Of a stretch of 64,000 nt of DNA, positions 38,587 through 52,221 are shown piece after piece (position 1 is the stretch's first letter; each line of letters opens with the position of its first letter). A program made the position numbers and the translations under genes. Origin of the DNA: Octopus vulgaris (lineage: Eukaryota); the NCBI GenBank assembly GCA_951406725.2, contig OX597828.1, forward strand, positions 18,104,001 through 18,168,000, written 5' to 3'. The notes under the pieces are model-generated. The model did not search any database and was not told the origin of the DNA. It saw nothing but the letters and a program-made list of their open reading frames with translations.

Positions 38587-39438
38587 ATATATATGGTCCC
38601 TTTGTGTGGTGTGTGTGTATATATATATCCAATATTGTAAATTTAATCTCAGTCCATTCGTGTTACTGTGAACTTCCATGGTGAAGAGATTCGAGATAAG
38701 GCGAGTTACATTAATAATAACTGAGGTTGCCTGAATAGAAAAAAAAAGTATAGGTTGGTATTTTTGCTTGAAACTGCAGTATGCTGTTTATGGGTCTATG
38801 AAATTTCGTAAAGAAACCTGAACAAAACCCAAAGCTGAAAATAAAATCATAGAAAACCGAGACAAATTCAAGAAAAACGGTTCTTATCGGCTATTTTATT
38901 TGCCTTTATTTTTATAAATAAATTGCAAAATCTACCAAGGCATTAATTAGAAAAAAAAAATAAACGCCACAGTTTTTGTTTGGATATCAAATTACAAAGT
39001 TTCTCCTAATAACAACTTCTTAACTAATACCAATGGAGAATAAATAATATGAAATCCTACCTTATCTGTTTTAATGCTTCCAAAGTAGAAGAAAATTGCC
39101 AGGTATTAATTTCTTTAAATTGGCTTGAAATAGTGATTGAATATTCAAATAGGATAGACTGTTTCTCAGTAGTCTGCCAAACATAAAAACGCGCTCACGC
39201 ACACACATGTACACACCCGCGCGCTCGCGCGCTAAGCTCGCTTTCACTGTCGACATTGATGTGCAGGCATGTATGTACTCATGTATGTATTCGTGTATGT
39301 ATTCGTGTATGTGTATGTGGTAAGACGTCTATATGGGTGCGTTTTGTATGTGTGTGTACGCGGGTGTAAAAGTTTGTTTAATTATGCATTTCTGTTCCTT
39401 CTGCTTCCCGCTTTTTGTTTCTCACTACAAACAGACAC

Positions 39439-39731
<293 letters not shown>

Positions 39732-39902
39732 TGAATATATATATGTGTGTATATGCAATTCTCCAGTAGACACGCTTGTACATAGCATCTGTGAATGAAT
39801 GTTTGTGAATAGACAAAGTAAATTTGTTATGTAAGTATGTAGACATATTTAGTGTTGCTGAAGAACTATTCTGGCTAAAATCCCAAGCGAGTTGAGAGGA
39901 AC

Positions 39903-39933
<31 letters not shown>

Positions 39934-40521
39934 AGCAAAGCGACAGATAGAGAGAGGGAAGGACAGAGAGACAGAGATAAAGAAAGAGACAGAAGGAGCG
40001 TGTATACAATTACAACAATAGAACGAGCATAATTTCAACTATTGTTAGAGCTATCACTTGGCTAAAGTTTCGTCTCGTCTCGTCTCGTCTCGCCTCACCC
40101 TACCTCTCACCGTCTTACCTTCCTTCTTTCTTTCATTCTGCCGTCGTTCTTTGTTTTTCTTGTTTACTCTGATATAAATGAAATGAGCTCCAACCGTGAC
40201 CAACACGCCTTCATGTCTATTGAAATAGTTTATATTGGGCTATATTTTCAAATATATCTCCTTCCTTCTTTGGCACGGTGATTTACGTGAAGGTGCTATA
40301 TTTCTACAAATTACTGCTTACAGGTTTTTTGGGGTTTTTTTTCGAAACGGCGACAAAGGTTTCTATGGAGAGAAAAGTTCATCTCTTCAATAACCTGACT
40401 TGAAACTGTATATCAATTTCTTTTTTAAAATAAAATGTTGAAAAATCTGATGTTGAGAAAAACAATTGATGTTAGGCCTATTTTGTGACAAATACTGAGT
40501 GACACAGAATCATTGATAAGT

Positions 40522-40872
40522 AGTGGAGGCGCAATGGCCCAGTGGTTAGGGCAGCGGACTCGCGGTCGTAGGATCGCGGTTTCGATTCCCAGACCGGGCG
40601 TTGTGAGTGTTTATTGAGCGAAAACACCCAAAAGCTCCACGAGGCTCCGACAGGGATGGTGGTGATCCCTGCTGTACTCTTTCACCACAAATTTCTCTCA
40701 CTCTTACTTCCTGTTTCTGTTGTACCTGTATTTCAAAGGGCCGGCCTTGTCACTCTCTGTGTCACGTGTCTGTGGAGTGCTCAGCCACTTACACGTTAAT
40801 TTCACGAGCAGGCTGTTCCGTTGATCGGATCAACCGGAACCCTCGTCGTCGTAACCGACGGAGTGCTTCCCC
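40522..40872 (+). mobile_element. SINE family B with complete tRNA(Arg)-like head and 11-bp TSD
   Basis: A box TGGCCCAGTGG, B box GGTTTCGATTCCC; TSD CATTGATAAGT at 40511-21 and 40873-83; about 40-bp internal deletion relative to the 27368 copy. Confidence 0.93.
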
Positions 40873-41189
40873 CATTGATAAGTTCACGGATTGTGACCAA
40901 ACGACTTTGGCAGACTAAGAAAATAAACAATTGATCAATAGGTTAATTATCCAAACGATTGATAATATAACTCAAGTGAAAGATAACCAGCGCGTGTATT
41001 TCTTTAAAAAATATGACACTTTTAACACAAGATTTCACGTTAAGAATCTTATAAAAGAAATAAAAACTCCAATACTAATTTTATTTTTCGTTTTTGTTAT
41101 CGTTTTCTTACTGGGTTGCATACGTCTAAATTACTATGTTGCTGATGGAGTACTCGAATTCAAAAGACTCCGTTCGTTTCTGCTATCAC

Positions 41190-41371
41190 TTTACTCTTTT
41201 CTCTTTTACTTGTTTCAGTCATTTGACTGTGGCCATGACGGAGCACCACCTTTAGTCGAGCAAATCGACCACAGGACTTATTCTTTGTAATCGGTGTCTT
41301 TGCCTGAACCGCTAAGTGACGGGGATGTAAACACACCAGCATCGCCTGTCGAGTGATGTTAGGGGGGACAA

Positions 41372-41466
<95 letters not shown>

Positions 41467-41720
41467 CATATATACGACGGTCTTCTTTCAGATTCCGTCT
41501 ACCAAATCCACTCACAAGGCTTTGGTCTGCCCAAGGCTATAGTAGAAGACACTTGGCCAAAGTGCCACGCAGTGGGACTGAACCCGGAACCATGTGGTTG
41601 GTAAGCAAACTACTTACCACTCATCTTTGCACTGCCTTTATTGCAAATGAAATGAAAGTAGCTTGCTTACCAACCATATGGTTCCGGGTTCAGTCTTACC
41701 ACACAGCCACTCCTGTGCCT
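41190..41720 (-). mobile_element. SINE family C with an internal inverted duplication in its head
   Basis: Reverse-complement match to family C; foldback at 41576-41695. Confidence 0.9.
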
Positions 41721-43089
41721 ATCTGTTCATCATTAGTTCAAACATAAATATACACTTACATTTTGTGCTACTTACATTGTTGTTATGATTTGAACTTAAA
41801 ATAATAATGTTCAAAAACATTATTCTAAATTTCCCCTTGTGGGTTCTTTCTTTATTGTTACTTCTACCCGTAATAACAACCTGTACAGGGTGTGCTAAAC
41901 ATACTTTCAAATTGTTTTCAGTGATGAAATAAGACGAAAGCTTATGGTAGCCTTATTTGGAAGACTCTCTCGTTAACTATTCTGTCTCTTTTGCCGACAC
42001 ACTGATATACGATGTAATGTTAGGAGACCTGGAAATACAACACGGTGCCAGTCTTAATGCATTCATGTATTTAGTGTCCTACATTTCCACATAATTTCCA
42101 TACACCTCAACGTGCAGTTTCCAACATCTCGGTTACGTCAACCTTGCTACGTCTCTGATAGTTGATCAAATTAGCGCAGGCAATGCAACTGCATTATATT
42201 GGTGTACTCCGATTAATTGATTTTGTACTTGACGAAATATCGATCAGAGTGACAAGGCAGTGAGGCTCGAAAGGGAAACACATCTTCAGTAAAGTACAAT
42301 GAATTATATCTATATATGGATGACTTTTGAGGTAAACTTTAAAAATACTTCAATATACGAACTTATATTAAAAGAATATCGTGACCTCAATGTGAAGAAT
42401 CTGTTACTCCTATACTTCCACGACTGACTCATACATAAACGGTAACACAAGTCCTATAACTAACCAAAATAAATCTCTTCACAATATATTTCTACCAATT
42501 CACTCCCTTCACACACATCTTGTCCTCCTAGCCCTCACAGATTTCACCGTTCCTGCATAAGTATCTTGTCTATCACCTACTTATCATTGAAATACGTCCA
42601 ACGCTTAAAATGAGTCGCCAAAGACTATGTAAAGATAATACAAGGCTAGAAAGAACTGCAGTAAATTATAGTCTGCTGAAGGTGAGCAAGCTGAGACTTC
42701 GAAGTCACTGTCACACTTTTCCTTCTAAAATTTAATATGTAAGTGTGTGTGTCTGTGAGTGTGTGTCTATTTGTGCGTATGTGTATGTGAATATATCTGT
42801 GTGATGTGTGCTTGTACCAACAGCACTTGACAACCGGTGCTGGATTGTTTATGACCCCGTAAAATAGAAATTAAATAGAATAAGAGCAACCCTGTTTAGA
42901 AAATGGGTATAGGTCGCTTACTTTGACGAAACATTTCAAAGTATTGCTTCCGTCTTCAATGCATGGCTGCTGTCATGGCAAACGCTTCAATGCATGGTTG
43001 CTGTCCAATGATTAAAACAAGGAAAAGAATAAAGAATGAATGTATGTGTGTGTGTGTGTGTGTAAAGAGAGAGAGAGAGGGAGACATAC

Positions 43090-43152
<63 letters not shown>

Positions 43153-43185
43153 CTGATAGACAGATAGATAAATAGATAGATAGAT

Positions 43186-43245
<60 letters not shown>

Positions 43246-43256
43246 TACTGATAGAC

Positions 43257-43292
<36 letters not shown>

Positions 43293-43304
43293 CGACAGAC
43301 AAAC

Positions 43305-43341
<37 letters not shown>

Positions 43342-43350
43342 TATATATAT

Positions 43351-43412
<62 letters not shown>
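43090..43412. repeat. (GATA)n/(GACA)n microsatellite
   Basis: Direct inspection. Confidence 0.97.
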
Positions 43413-43413
<1 letters not shown>

Positions 43414-43463
43414 TAAACATATGCAACAACCTTAAAGTATATATATCTTTGTATACCCACACA

Positions 43464-43510
<47 letters not shown>

Positions 43511-44254
43511 GTACACACATATGTGGCTCTGTGTTTGTGTGTTTGTATATGTATTAAATATACAATCTTAAAATGAAGTTTAATAGTGCGAAAAATTGTA
43601 ATCTTAATAAATAACAACAACTCTACTCAGATACTTTAGTCATTTAATTAAGAGGTGTTATAATGAATGATGGGTGTGAAAGATTGTTCAATTCGCCCAA
43701 ATGGAAAGTACCTCTAATGTGTGCATCGTACACTCGTAACAAATGAATAAAATAAATATATAAATAGGCAAATAAATAAATAAATGGAAAAGCGAGCAGA
43801 CATTTTGTAATATAACACTCAAAGTTTACTCAGCAGGTTTGAATGAATTTCATTTGTAACTCGGTTTTTATGTTAATTAATTAATTTTTTATTGTTGTTA
43901 TTTATTTTGTTTTGCGGAGGATTAGTTGGTTTTTTGTTTGTTTATTTCTGTAATGATTTGTTTATATGTTTGTTTATTTGATTGTTTGTTATTTTTTTTT
44001 TTTTCAATTAGATTTTAGTTACTTCATGCATATATAATTCTTTGGAAAGGAAGTTCTGAATGTATCAGTAAATACACAGATATATGCACTCAAAACAGAG
44101 CGTAGACACACACATACATGTGCCACATATACACACACATACGAAATAGTGGCAGCGCATGCGTACACATAAACTCTGACAGAAACATCACATGCAAAAA
44201 GCACATGTATGTACATACATATGTATATGTTTGTATGTGTAACTATATATATAT

Positions 44255-44337
<83 letters not shown>

Positions 44338-44399
44338 TATGTATATAGATATATAGATATATGTGTGTATATATATATGTATATAAATTTATATGTAGT

Positions 44400-44443
<44 letters not shown>

Positions 44444-44615
44444 GTATATACATATACATATATATAGGTACATATACATAAATAGATTTACATAAACACA
44501 CATATATACACACAAACACACACACACACACATACATAGACACTCAGATCACACGCAAACACACGTCAATATATGTGTAACTGTTTACTTATTTACTTGC
44601 TTGTATGTGTGTGCG

Positions 44616-44664
<49 letters not shown>

Positions 44665-44799
44665 CAGTGTGTGTGTTTGAATGTATTTGTGTATGTATTT
44701 ATATGTGTGTTTATGTGCATCGCACGCTCAGTCTTTCACGGAAGCTTAGCACAGTTTTAATGAAATTCGCTTTGCAATGGAAATAAATTGCAATTGAAT

Positions 44800-45640
44800 T
44801 CTACGTCGTCAACCATCGGACATGTGGAGGCACTAGAGCCAACAGGTGGGCTGCTCCGAGATGAGCGCTGCGCGATGAAAACCCTTTTGCCTGCACTCGA
44901 GCAGTGTCCGATTATTACTGACTTGTGGAGTAATGACTCACAACTGTTACCGCATGTGAGATGGATCCGACTATTGTCTGAATCCATCCTGAGCATCGCT
45001 CCACCACTCACAAGGCAAGACAGGCGATGTGCCTCTGTCTAGTAACTATGGCGAAAGAGGTTTTGCGATGGATGAGGAAATGACGGAGGGAAGACACTCA
45101 GCAGTACCTATTTCTTTATTACCCACAAGGGGCTAAACACAGAGGGGAAAAAACAAGGACAGACATAGGTATTAAATCGATTACATCGACCCCAGTGCGT
45201 AACTGGTACTTAATTTATCGACCCCGAAAGGATGAAAGGCAAAGTCGACCCCGGCGGAATTTGAACTCACAACGTAACAGCAGATGAAATACCTATTTCT
45301 TTATTACCCACAAGGGGCTAAACACAGAGGGGAAAAAACAAGGACAGACATAGGTATTAAGTCGATTACATCGACCCCAGTGCGTAACTGTTACTTAATT
45401 TATCGACCCCGAAAGGATGAAAGGCAAAGTCGACTCCGGTGGAATTTGAACTCACAACGTAACGCAGACGAAATACCGCTAAGCATTTCGCCCGGCGTGC
45501 TAACGTTTCTGCCAGCTCGCCGACACTCAGCATTACCGTCAAGCGCTTGGAAATGAAACTGAAGGTGAGGAGGAAAATGGTACTTTTTGAAAACACAGGT
45601 GACTGTCACAGAAATGTTTAGAGTAAATGACCCTTGATCC
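44800..45640 (+). mobile_element. L1/Tx1-clade LINE ORF2 3' remnant interrupted by SINE A
   Basis: KTLLPALEQCPIITDLW..LLPHVRWIRLLSESILSIAPP and CLVTMAKEVLRW resemble the ETxxHxxxxCP zinc-knuckle and C-terminal region of Tx1/L1 ORF2 (His mutated); continues after the SINE. Confidence 0.55.
45104..45521 (-). mobile_element. Young SINE family A, dimeric, with 11-bp TSD
   Basis: TSD GACACTCAGCA at 45093-103 and 45522-32; the two units of about 185 bp are almost identical. Confidence 0.95.
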
Positions 45641-45666
45641 TACCTACATACATACAACATACATAG

Positions 45667-46218
45667 TGGCTGCACCCTCGTTATCGAGTATGGCCATTGC
45701 ACGAAGCTTAATCAATGTTGTTATCGTGCAATGCCTGTGCAAGAAGATTTTTTTTTAAAGTGAGGAAAAGCTGTGAACTGAGTCAATCCCACTCATTAAG
45801 CAACAGCAGCCATAATCCGAAAAGAAGAACAAGTCAACATCATCGGTAACAACTGAGCCGCAGGTTTTATATCGGAGTAATCCCAGTTACCTGAGTTACC
45901 TTCTCCTAGAAGGATGCCCTAACAAAGGCTAGGAGTCCTTCACTCCCAATGGTTTACCCGCGCGGTCGGGTTCTCAGAACGATTATTCCTATGTCCCCGC
46001 GCATGATACATCCTTAAGACGTTTACTGGATTGCCGTTGACTCTCAAGAGTTCCTCCGCCTTTTGAAGGGTTTTGTTTTTCATCCCGCAGGGTGTCCGAT
46101 TAAAAACCCTCCTCACCAACAAGCTTGGTGAGGTTGCCGGTTTAGTCGCCGACGACCCAACCATGCAACAGGTTGTACTGGGTTACATGTTACCAGTAGC
46201 ACTCGAAAATGACCTGAC
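45667..46218 (-). mobile_element. Short non-autonomous RTE-derived element (5'UTR plus 3' tail) in (CATA)n
   Basis: The minus strand has GCCTTTGTTAGGGCATCCTTCTAGGAGAAGGTAACTC (RTE 5'UTR-like motif) and ends GGCCATACTCGATAACGAGGGTGCAGCCAC(TATG)n; no ORF. Confidence 0.6.
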
Positions 46219-47249
46219 ATATACAGCATACATACATACATACATACATACATACATACATACATACATACATAAATACATACATACATACATACATACA
46301 TACATACATACATACATACATACATACATACCCTTTGTTGGGGGTAGCATTAATTCCCTTGGTCACTCAATTTTTCTAACCGATCACTAGACAAATTAAG
46401 CAAACCAGCAAATAACGAGCCTAGAAAAACTACCGCAAATCAAATTTATTACAATAAACAAACATGTAATAACCATTATTTATGCGTTGTTTTTTGTTTA
46501 TATTTATATGCATATGTGTCTCTGTGTGTGTTTATGTGTGTGTATGCATGTAGGTATGTATGTATGCACACATTTATGTATGTATGCATGTATATTAAAA
46601 TAGTAAAAATATGTTTGTGAAGGTCAAAATTTGAGGAGAAACTGCAAGCCGAAACATTTCGATTTTACTGTCAGCGTCTTCTTTGCAAAACTTCAATATT
46701 GAAATTCTTAAGATAATCACGTATTCCTTTGTCATCTCTCTTTGCTCTCTTCGTTCTGAATTACCTGTATATTGAGTTCTACACCCAACTATTAGTCTCG
46801 CTATTCCGAAGCAAAATATTTAAACATGTACTCCACTAAAACTTATTACCGTAAATCCCCGAGTATAGTCTTCCCTTGAGTATAATATGCAGGAGATTTT
46901 GGGGGAGGGCTGTACCTCTGAAAAGCCTAAACTTTGTGTATAATACGTACCCCTTCTGCAACTTGAGTCGTGCGTAATTAAACCAGCAGCATCTAGTTGA
47001 ACAACCACTTCCGCGCATGCGTAATACAATAATGGTGATGTTCTTAACTGTTATATGGGAATGTAAATATGTTTGCAAATTGTTTTTGTTACGTGTTATT
47101 CTGTGTTCTGAATACTTTTCTTATAATAAATGTTGCTTACTGCAAGTTATGGATGATTCTTTTATGACTTCATTGCTTTCAGGCTTAGCTTAAGGTATTT
47201 GCGCGCCCGACATCACAAAATGTGTCTGAATAAACATTGCCGGACCCCG

Positions 47250-47484
47250 TCAGCTGGACAGGACGCCAGTCCATCGCAACTTTACCCAAGAAACAGGAAG
47301 AAAGAATGAGAGAAATTTGGGGCGAAAGAGTATAACAGGTGTTGCCACCACCCACTGTCGGAGCCAGGTGGAGCTTTAGGTGTTTTCGCTCAATAAACAC
47401 ACATAACGCCCGGTCTGGGAATCGAAACCGTGATCCTTCGACCGCGAGTCTGCTGCCCTAACCACTGGGCCATTGCGCCTCCAC
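47250..47484 (-). mobile_element. SINE family B head plus V-domain-like segment
   Basis: Reverse strand: GTGGAGGCGCAATGGCCCAGTGGTTAGGGCAG...GCGATGGACTGGCGTCCTGTCCAG. Confidence 0.85.
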
Positions 47485-48212
47485 GTGTACATACATATAC
47501 ATCTATATATTTACATATCTATATACAGACGCATCCAGTCTAACGTACATATTCGCTTACCCATATACACCGTGTCGTAACGTTTAATAGATTTCCATTC
47601 ATCTTCATTCGTGTCTATCTTTCCTCTTCTCTTTTCATTCTCTCCAATTTATATAAATAGCTTTACCATGTTCCATTTACTTGATGGAAATTTCGAATTG
47701 AATTATATTAAGCAATTAAAAACAAAAACATTCTGAAATAGTTACACACAAAGAACGTTTGTCCTCCACAAATTAATACTTCATATTTGATTGACGGGTT
47801 TAGTACTATCGTCTGCGGACCTTAATAAAGAAGAATTACAAACTATTGTTTTCAAAAATGCTCCAAGAACCGTATTCACCGTATGAAAACTTGTCTTGAA
47901 ATGAAGTCATGTAACATTACACCACATTCTCTGACTCTTTCTTTTATTCTAATTTTAATATTCGTTCTCTGGAAATGTCTAATGTACACGGACATTGGGT
48001 GTGGTTGTGTGTCGTAATTCATGGTGAAATCGTGGTTTTGTTTCGTACTAGTCTTCGCCGCGCTGCGTGGGAAGAAAATCTAGACAAGTGTATTTAGTTC
48101 AGCAATCCACATATGCGCACACGCATACACGCAGACAGACAGACAGACAGACTCACAGACACAATGAGGCACACACAGAGAAATTCTTACACACAGACAT
48201 ATATATGTATAC

Positions 48213-48253
<41 letters not shown>

Positions 48254-49771
48254 TATACATATACCTATATATACCTATATATATGTAAATGTATATATAT
48301 GTGTGTGCGTGTGTGTGCGTGTGTGTGTTTGTGTGTGTGTAGTTCGAATTTACAGAAAACAAAAGACAAAGACAGGTGAAGGAACAACAAGCATACATAT
48401 ACTTATATATGATTGTGTTTATCTACACATATGTATATGTGTGTGTATGTATGTATCTATGCATGTATGTATGTATGTATGTATGTTTTATTAGGTGTGA
48501 ATTACCAGTCATTACGTGTGGCTTAGGTGTCTTACTTGAACGACTGAAACAGTGTAGACCTGGCGCCATTTTGAATTAAAGGATATTTGTCTTCACATTC
48601 CATCATGGCGTTTTGAATGATAGAGCAATCATAATTAAAGTAACTACAGAAACCATCAACCAAATAGATACAATTACAATCTTCATCACGTAAGGATTAC
48701 TTATCTGTTGTTAGCCGATACGGTAAGGAGCAAATACAACTACAGGCTGTGACGTTGCAGATGAGACATCGGCATTTTACCTCAGGACAAGGCGTAAGAT
48801 TTGTATGTATGAGGGCGAGACAGACAGACAAACAGACAGAGATAGAGACACAGAGAGCGCATAATTTTTACATACGTTGTAATGTGACGAAAAAGATTTT
48901 CTTACCTTCTATCATGTCTATCTAGATTTTTCTCTACAGTTGATGTGGGTAGAAACATTTGTTTTGTTTTTCTTTATTTTTTTCAGAATGTAATAGAGTT
49001 TGTTCTCTTGATAATGTGACACTTAGATACGTATTTCGAATTTGTTTCATATTACAATATTTATTGAATCTCCATCAAAGTTTTTATTATTTATGAAAAT
49101 ACGTTATGTAATAGAAGTATATTTTGTCCTGTATGGCATAGTATCTTCACAAAAATTCTTGCAAAAAGCCATAGAAAGACGAAGCGCAAGGAGTGAGGTG
49201 GTCAAACATTGAGCGACTTCGATTATAGGGAGGCCTGATTATAGGGAGGCCAGAGTAAATAAAAAGAACAACAAGAACAACAACAGTAGGTGCAGCAGCC
49301 ACAACTTCATTTTATATAGTCTTCGCTGGAAGTCTAAATTAAAAGGGGAAGTGAGAGTCAAGTTACTTGTCTTTCCACGCTTTTATGATGAGAACTTTCA
49401 TATCATTATACATGTCACTGTTACTGCTGTTGCTGTTGCAGTTGTTGTTCACGATGATGATGATGATGGTGATGATGATGATGATGATGATGATGATGAC
49501 GACGAGGACGTTGCCGTTGATATCATCATAGTCACCCATGTCCCGCTCTGATTAAACGACCTGATGCTTAGTTCAAGCCCCGCTTCTATTTCCATCATTA
49601 AGTAAATATAAATGTATCCGCTGACTATTTCAGTTACGAAGTCGACTTTGTTCTTCATCCGTTCGTGGTCAATTAAATAAGTACCAGTTGAGCATTATGA
49701 TCGTATGCAATCGATTAGTCTCACTCCAAACAATTACAGGATCTGTCCCTATAGCAGAAACGAATAACACG

Positions 49772-49814
<43 letters not shown>

Positions 49815-50014
49815 TTTGAAGACATGAAACAATTGTAGTGGCGGTTTTTTTACTTTTTATTAAAATTTTATGTATTGATTAAGTCTTTCCTTGTTTGTTT
49901 TGCAAAATAGTGGTTTTGTCTCTAATTAATATTATATAATATTTTACTATAAAATTGGATTTAATCCTAAATCTGATTTTTTTCCCTGTAAATTTGGATT
50001 TATTCCCTAATATT

Positions 50015-50049
<35 letters not shown>

Positions 50050-50184
50050 GGCATTTGGGAAAGGTCATGTTGCCAATTTAGCCAATGAAAATACACGCAC
50101 TGTATATTTGGTGTTCACTTGCTTCAGCTTTATTTTATATTAACTGCATTTCGACCAGAGTTCATTCGTCACACTTCTATGACG

Positions 50185-50229
<45 letters not shown>

Positions 50230-50439
50230 TATATTTATATTCAGCATATTGTAATGACCTGCACGTGTTTGCGTGGCAGCACGACTACTCACTGTTGCGA
50301 ATGCAATCTAGCAATATTATCGATGCAGCTTCATCAGGGTCTGTCAACTGGAACGTGTCTGAGAGCTAATACGGCATCCGCCCGGATAGAATTTCCCTCC
50401 AAGCTCATATATGTATTCTGTTATTCTTTTATTCGCATA

Positions 50440-50637
50440 TTTGCTTCAGTCATTTCACTGCGCCATGCTGGAGCACCGCCTTTAGTCGAACAAATCGATC
50501 CCGGGACTTATTCTTGTAAGCCTAGTCCTTATTCTATGGGTCTCTTTTGGCAAATCACTATGTAACGGGGATGTAGACATGCCACCATCGGCTGTCTAGC
50601 GATAAAGGTGGGGCAAACACAGGCACACACATAGAAT

Positions 50638-50688
<51 letters not shown>

Positions 50689-50992
50689 ATATTAATAAAA
50701 GGAATTCCAGGTTCATGTAGTAGTGGTGACAGTCATGCTTCACAATTTTTGACTGTGAAGTCAAAATTGTGAAGCATGACTGTCACCACTACTACATGAA
50801 CCTGAAGATTGCAGAATTTAATGCATGAAAGTACTAGCTCAATCAGAATGAACATTTAACACTCTACTATTTTATTTTATTTTATTATATTATATTATCT
50901 TATATCATTATAAGATTGTAAATAAAACGTGAAAATCAGACAAGGTTGGAATACCTTTTATTAATATATTCTTCTATACACAATCACACACC

Positions 50993-51061
<69 letters not shown>

Positions 51062-51223
51062 ACGGGCTTCGTTCAGTTTCTGTCTACGAAATTCACTCAA
51101 AAGGCTTTGGAACACCCGCGGCTGTAGTAGAAGACACTTGCCCAAGGTACCACGCAGTGGGATTGGACCCAGAGCCATGTAGTTGGGAAGCAAGCTACTT
51201 ACTATGCAGCCACACCTGCGCCT
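50440..51223 (-). mobile_element. SINE family C split by an insert of about 300 bp in its internal (TA)n
   Basis: 3' half at 50440-50690 and 5' half at about 50996-51223, collinear with intact copies. Confidence 0.88.
50797..50841 (+). ncRNA. Minimal type I hammerhead ribozyme next to a 97-bp hairpin
   Basis: Helix I TGAAC/GCTCA (4 of 5 pairs); CTGAAGA 50802-08; helix II U.U then TGCA/TGCA; GAAA 50827-30; palindromic AGTACT helix III; CUA triplet. Confidence 0.65.
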
Positions 51224-51331
51224 AATATATATATATATATATGTATATGTATGTATATATGTATATATATATATATATATATATTATTTTCCTTCTGTCA
51301 GTCATTTGATTGCGGCCATGCCGGACTTCCT

Positions 51332-51450
<119 letters not shown>

Positions 51451-51464
51451 TTATATATAATTTT

Positions 51465-51875
51465 TCCTTTCTAATCTAGGCAGAAGGCCTGAAAATTGTG
51501 GGGAGGGCAATAGGCAATGACATCAACCCCAGTGTTTCACTGGTACTTAATTTAGCGACACCGACAGGATGAAAGACAAAGTCGACCTCGTCGGAACTTG
51601 AACTAGGAACGTGGAGGCAGAACGTGGGGGCAGACGAAATACCTATTTCTTTATTACCCACAAGGGGCTTAAACACCGAGAGGACAAACAAGGACAAACA
51701 AACAGATTAAGTCGATTATATCGACCCTAGTGCGTAACTGGTACTTATTTAATCGACCCCGAAAGGATGAAAAGCAAAGTCGACCTCGGCGGAGTTTGAA
51801 CTCAGAACGTAGCGTCAGGCGAAATAACAATAAGCATTTCGCCCTGCGTGCTAATAATCCTGCCATCTCACCGTC
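51465..51875 (-). mobile_element. SINE family A, dimeric copy
   Basis: Two reverse-strand bodies (GGATGAAA.(G/A)CAAAGTCGACCTCG). Confidence 0.88.
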
Positions 51876-51995
51876 TTATTTATATTTAAGTATATATATG
51901 TGTGTGCGTATGTCTGTATGTGTGTGCGTGTATGTATGTATGCATGTATGTATGTATGTATGTATGTATGTATGTATGTAGGTAGGTAGGTAGGT

Positions 51996-52221
51996 AGAGC
52001 TGGCAGAAACGTTAGCACGCCGGGCGAAATGCTTAGCAGTATTTCGTCTGCGTTACATTGTGAGTTCAAATTCCGCCGAGGTCGACTTTGCCTTTCATCC
52101 TTTCGGGGTCGATAAGTTAAGTACCAGTCACGTACTGGGGTCGATGTAATCGACTTAACACCTATGTCTGTTCTTGTTTGTCCCCTCTGTGTTTAGCCCC
52201 TTGTGGGTAATAAAGAAATAG
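51996..52221 (+). mobile_element. SINE family A monomer flanked by (TAGG)n
   Basis: GAGCTGGCAGAAACGTTAGCACGCCGGGCG...AAAGAAATA(GGTA)n. Confidence 0.92.

Noticed and set aside
39188-39245. Small CpG-rich patch as a promoter
   Set aside because: Explained by (CA)n/(CG)n simple-repeat drift; no supportable promoter evidence
40522-40595. tRNA-Arg-like sequence (also 58762-58830 and 61150-61216)
   Set aside because: No proper acceptor stem; continues into a repeated SINE body with TSDs
41884-41910. TA-CAGGGTGT possible Tc1/mariner TIR start
   Set aside because: No matching opposite TIR or transposase remnant found nearby
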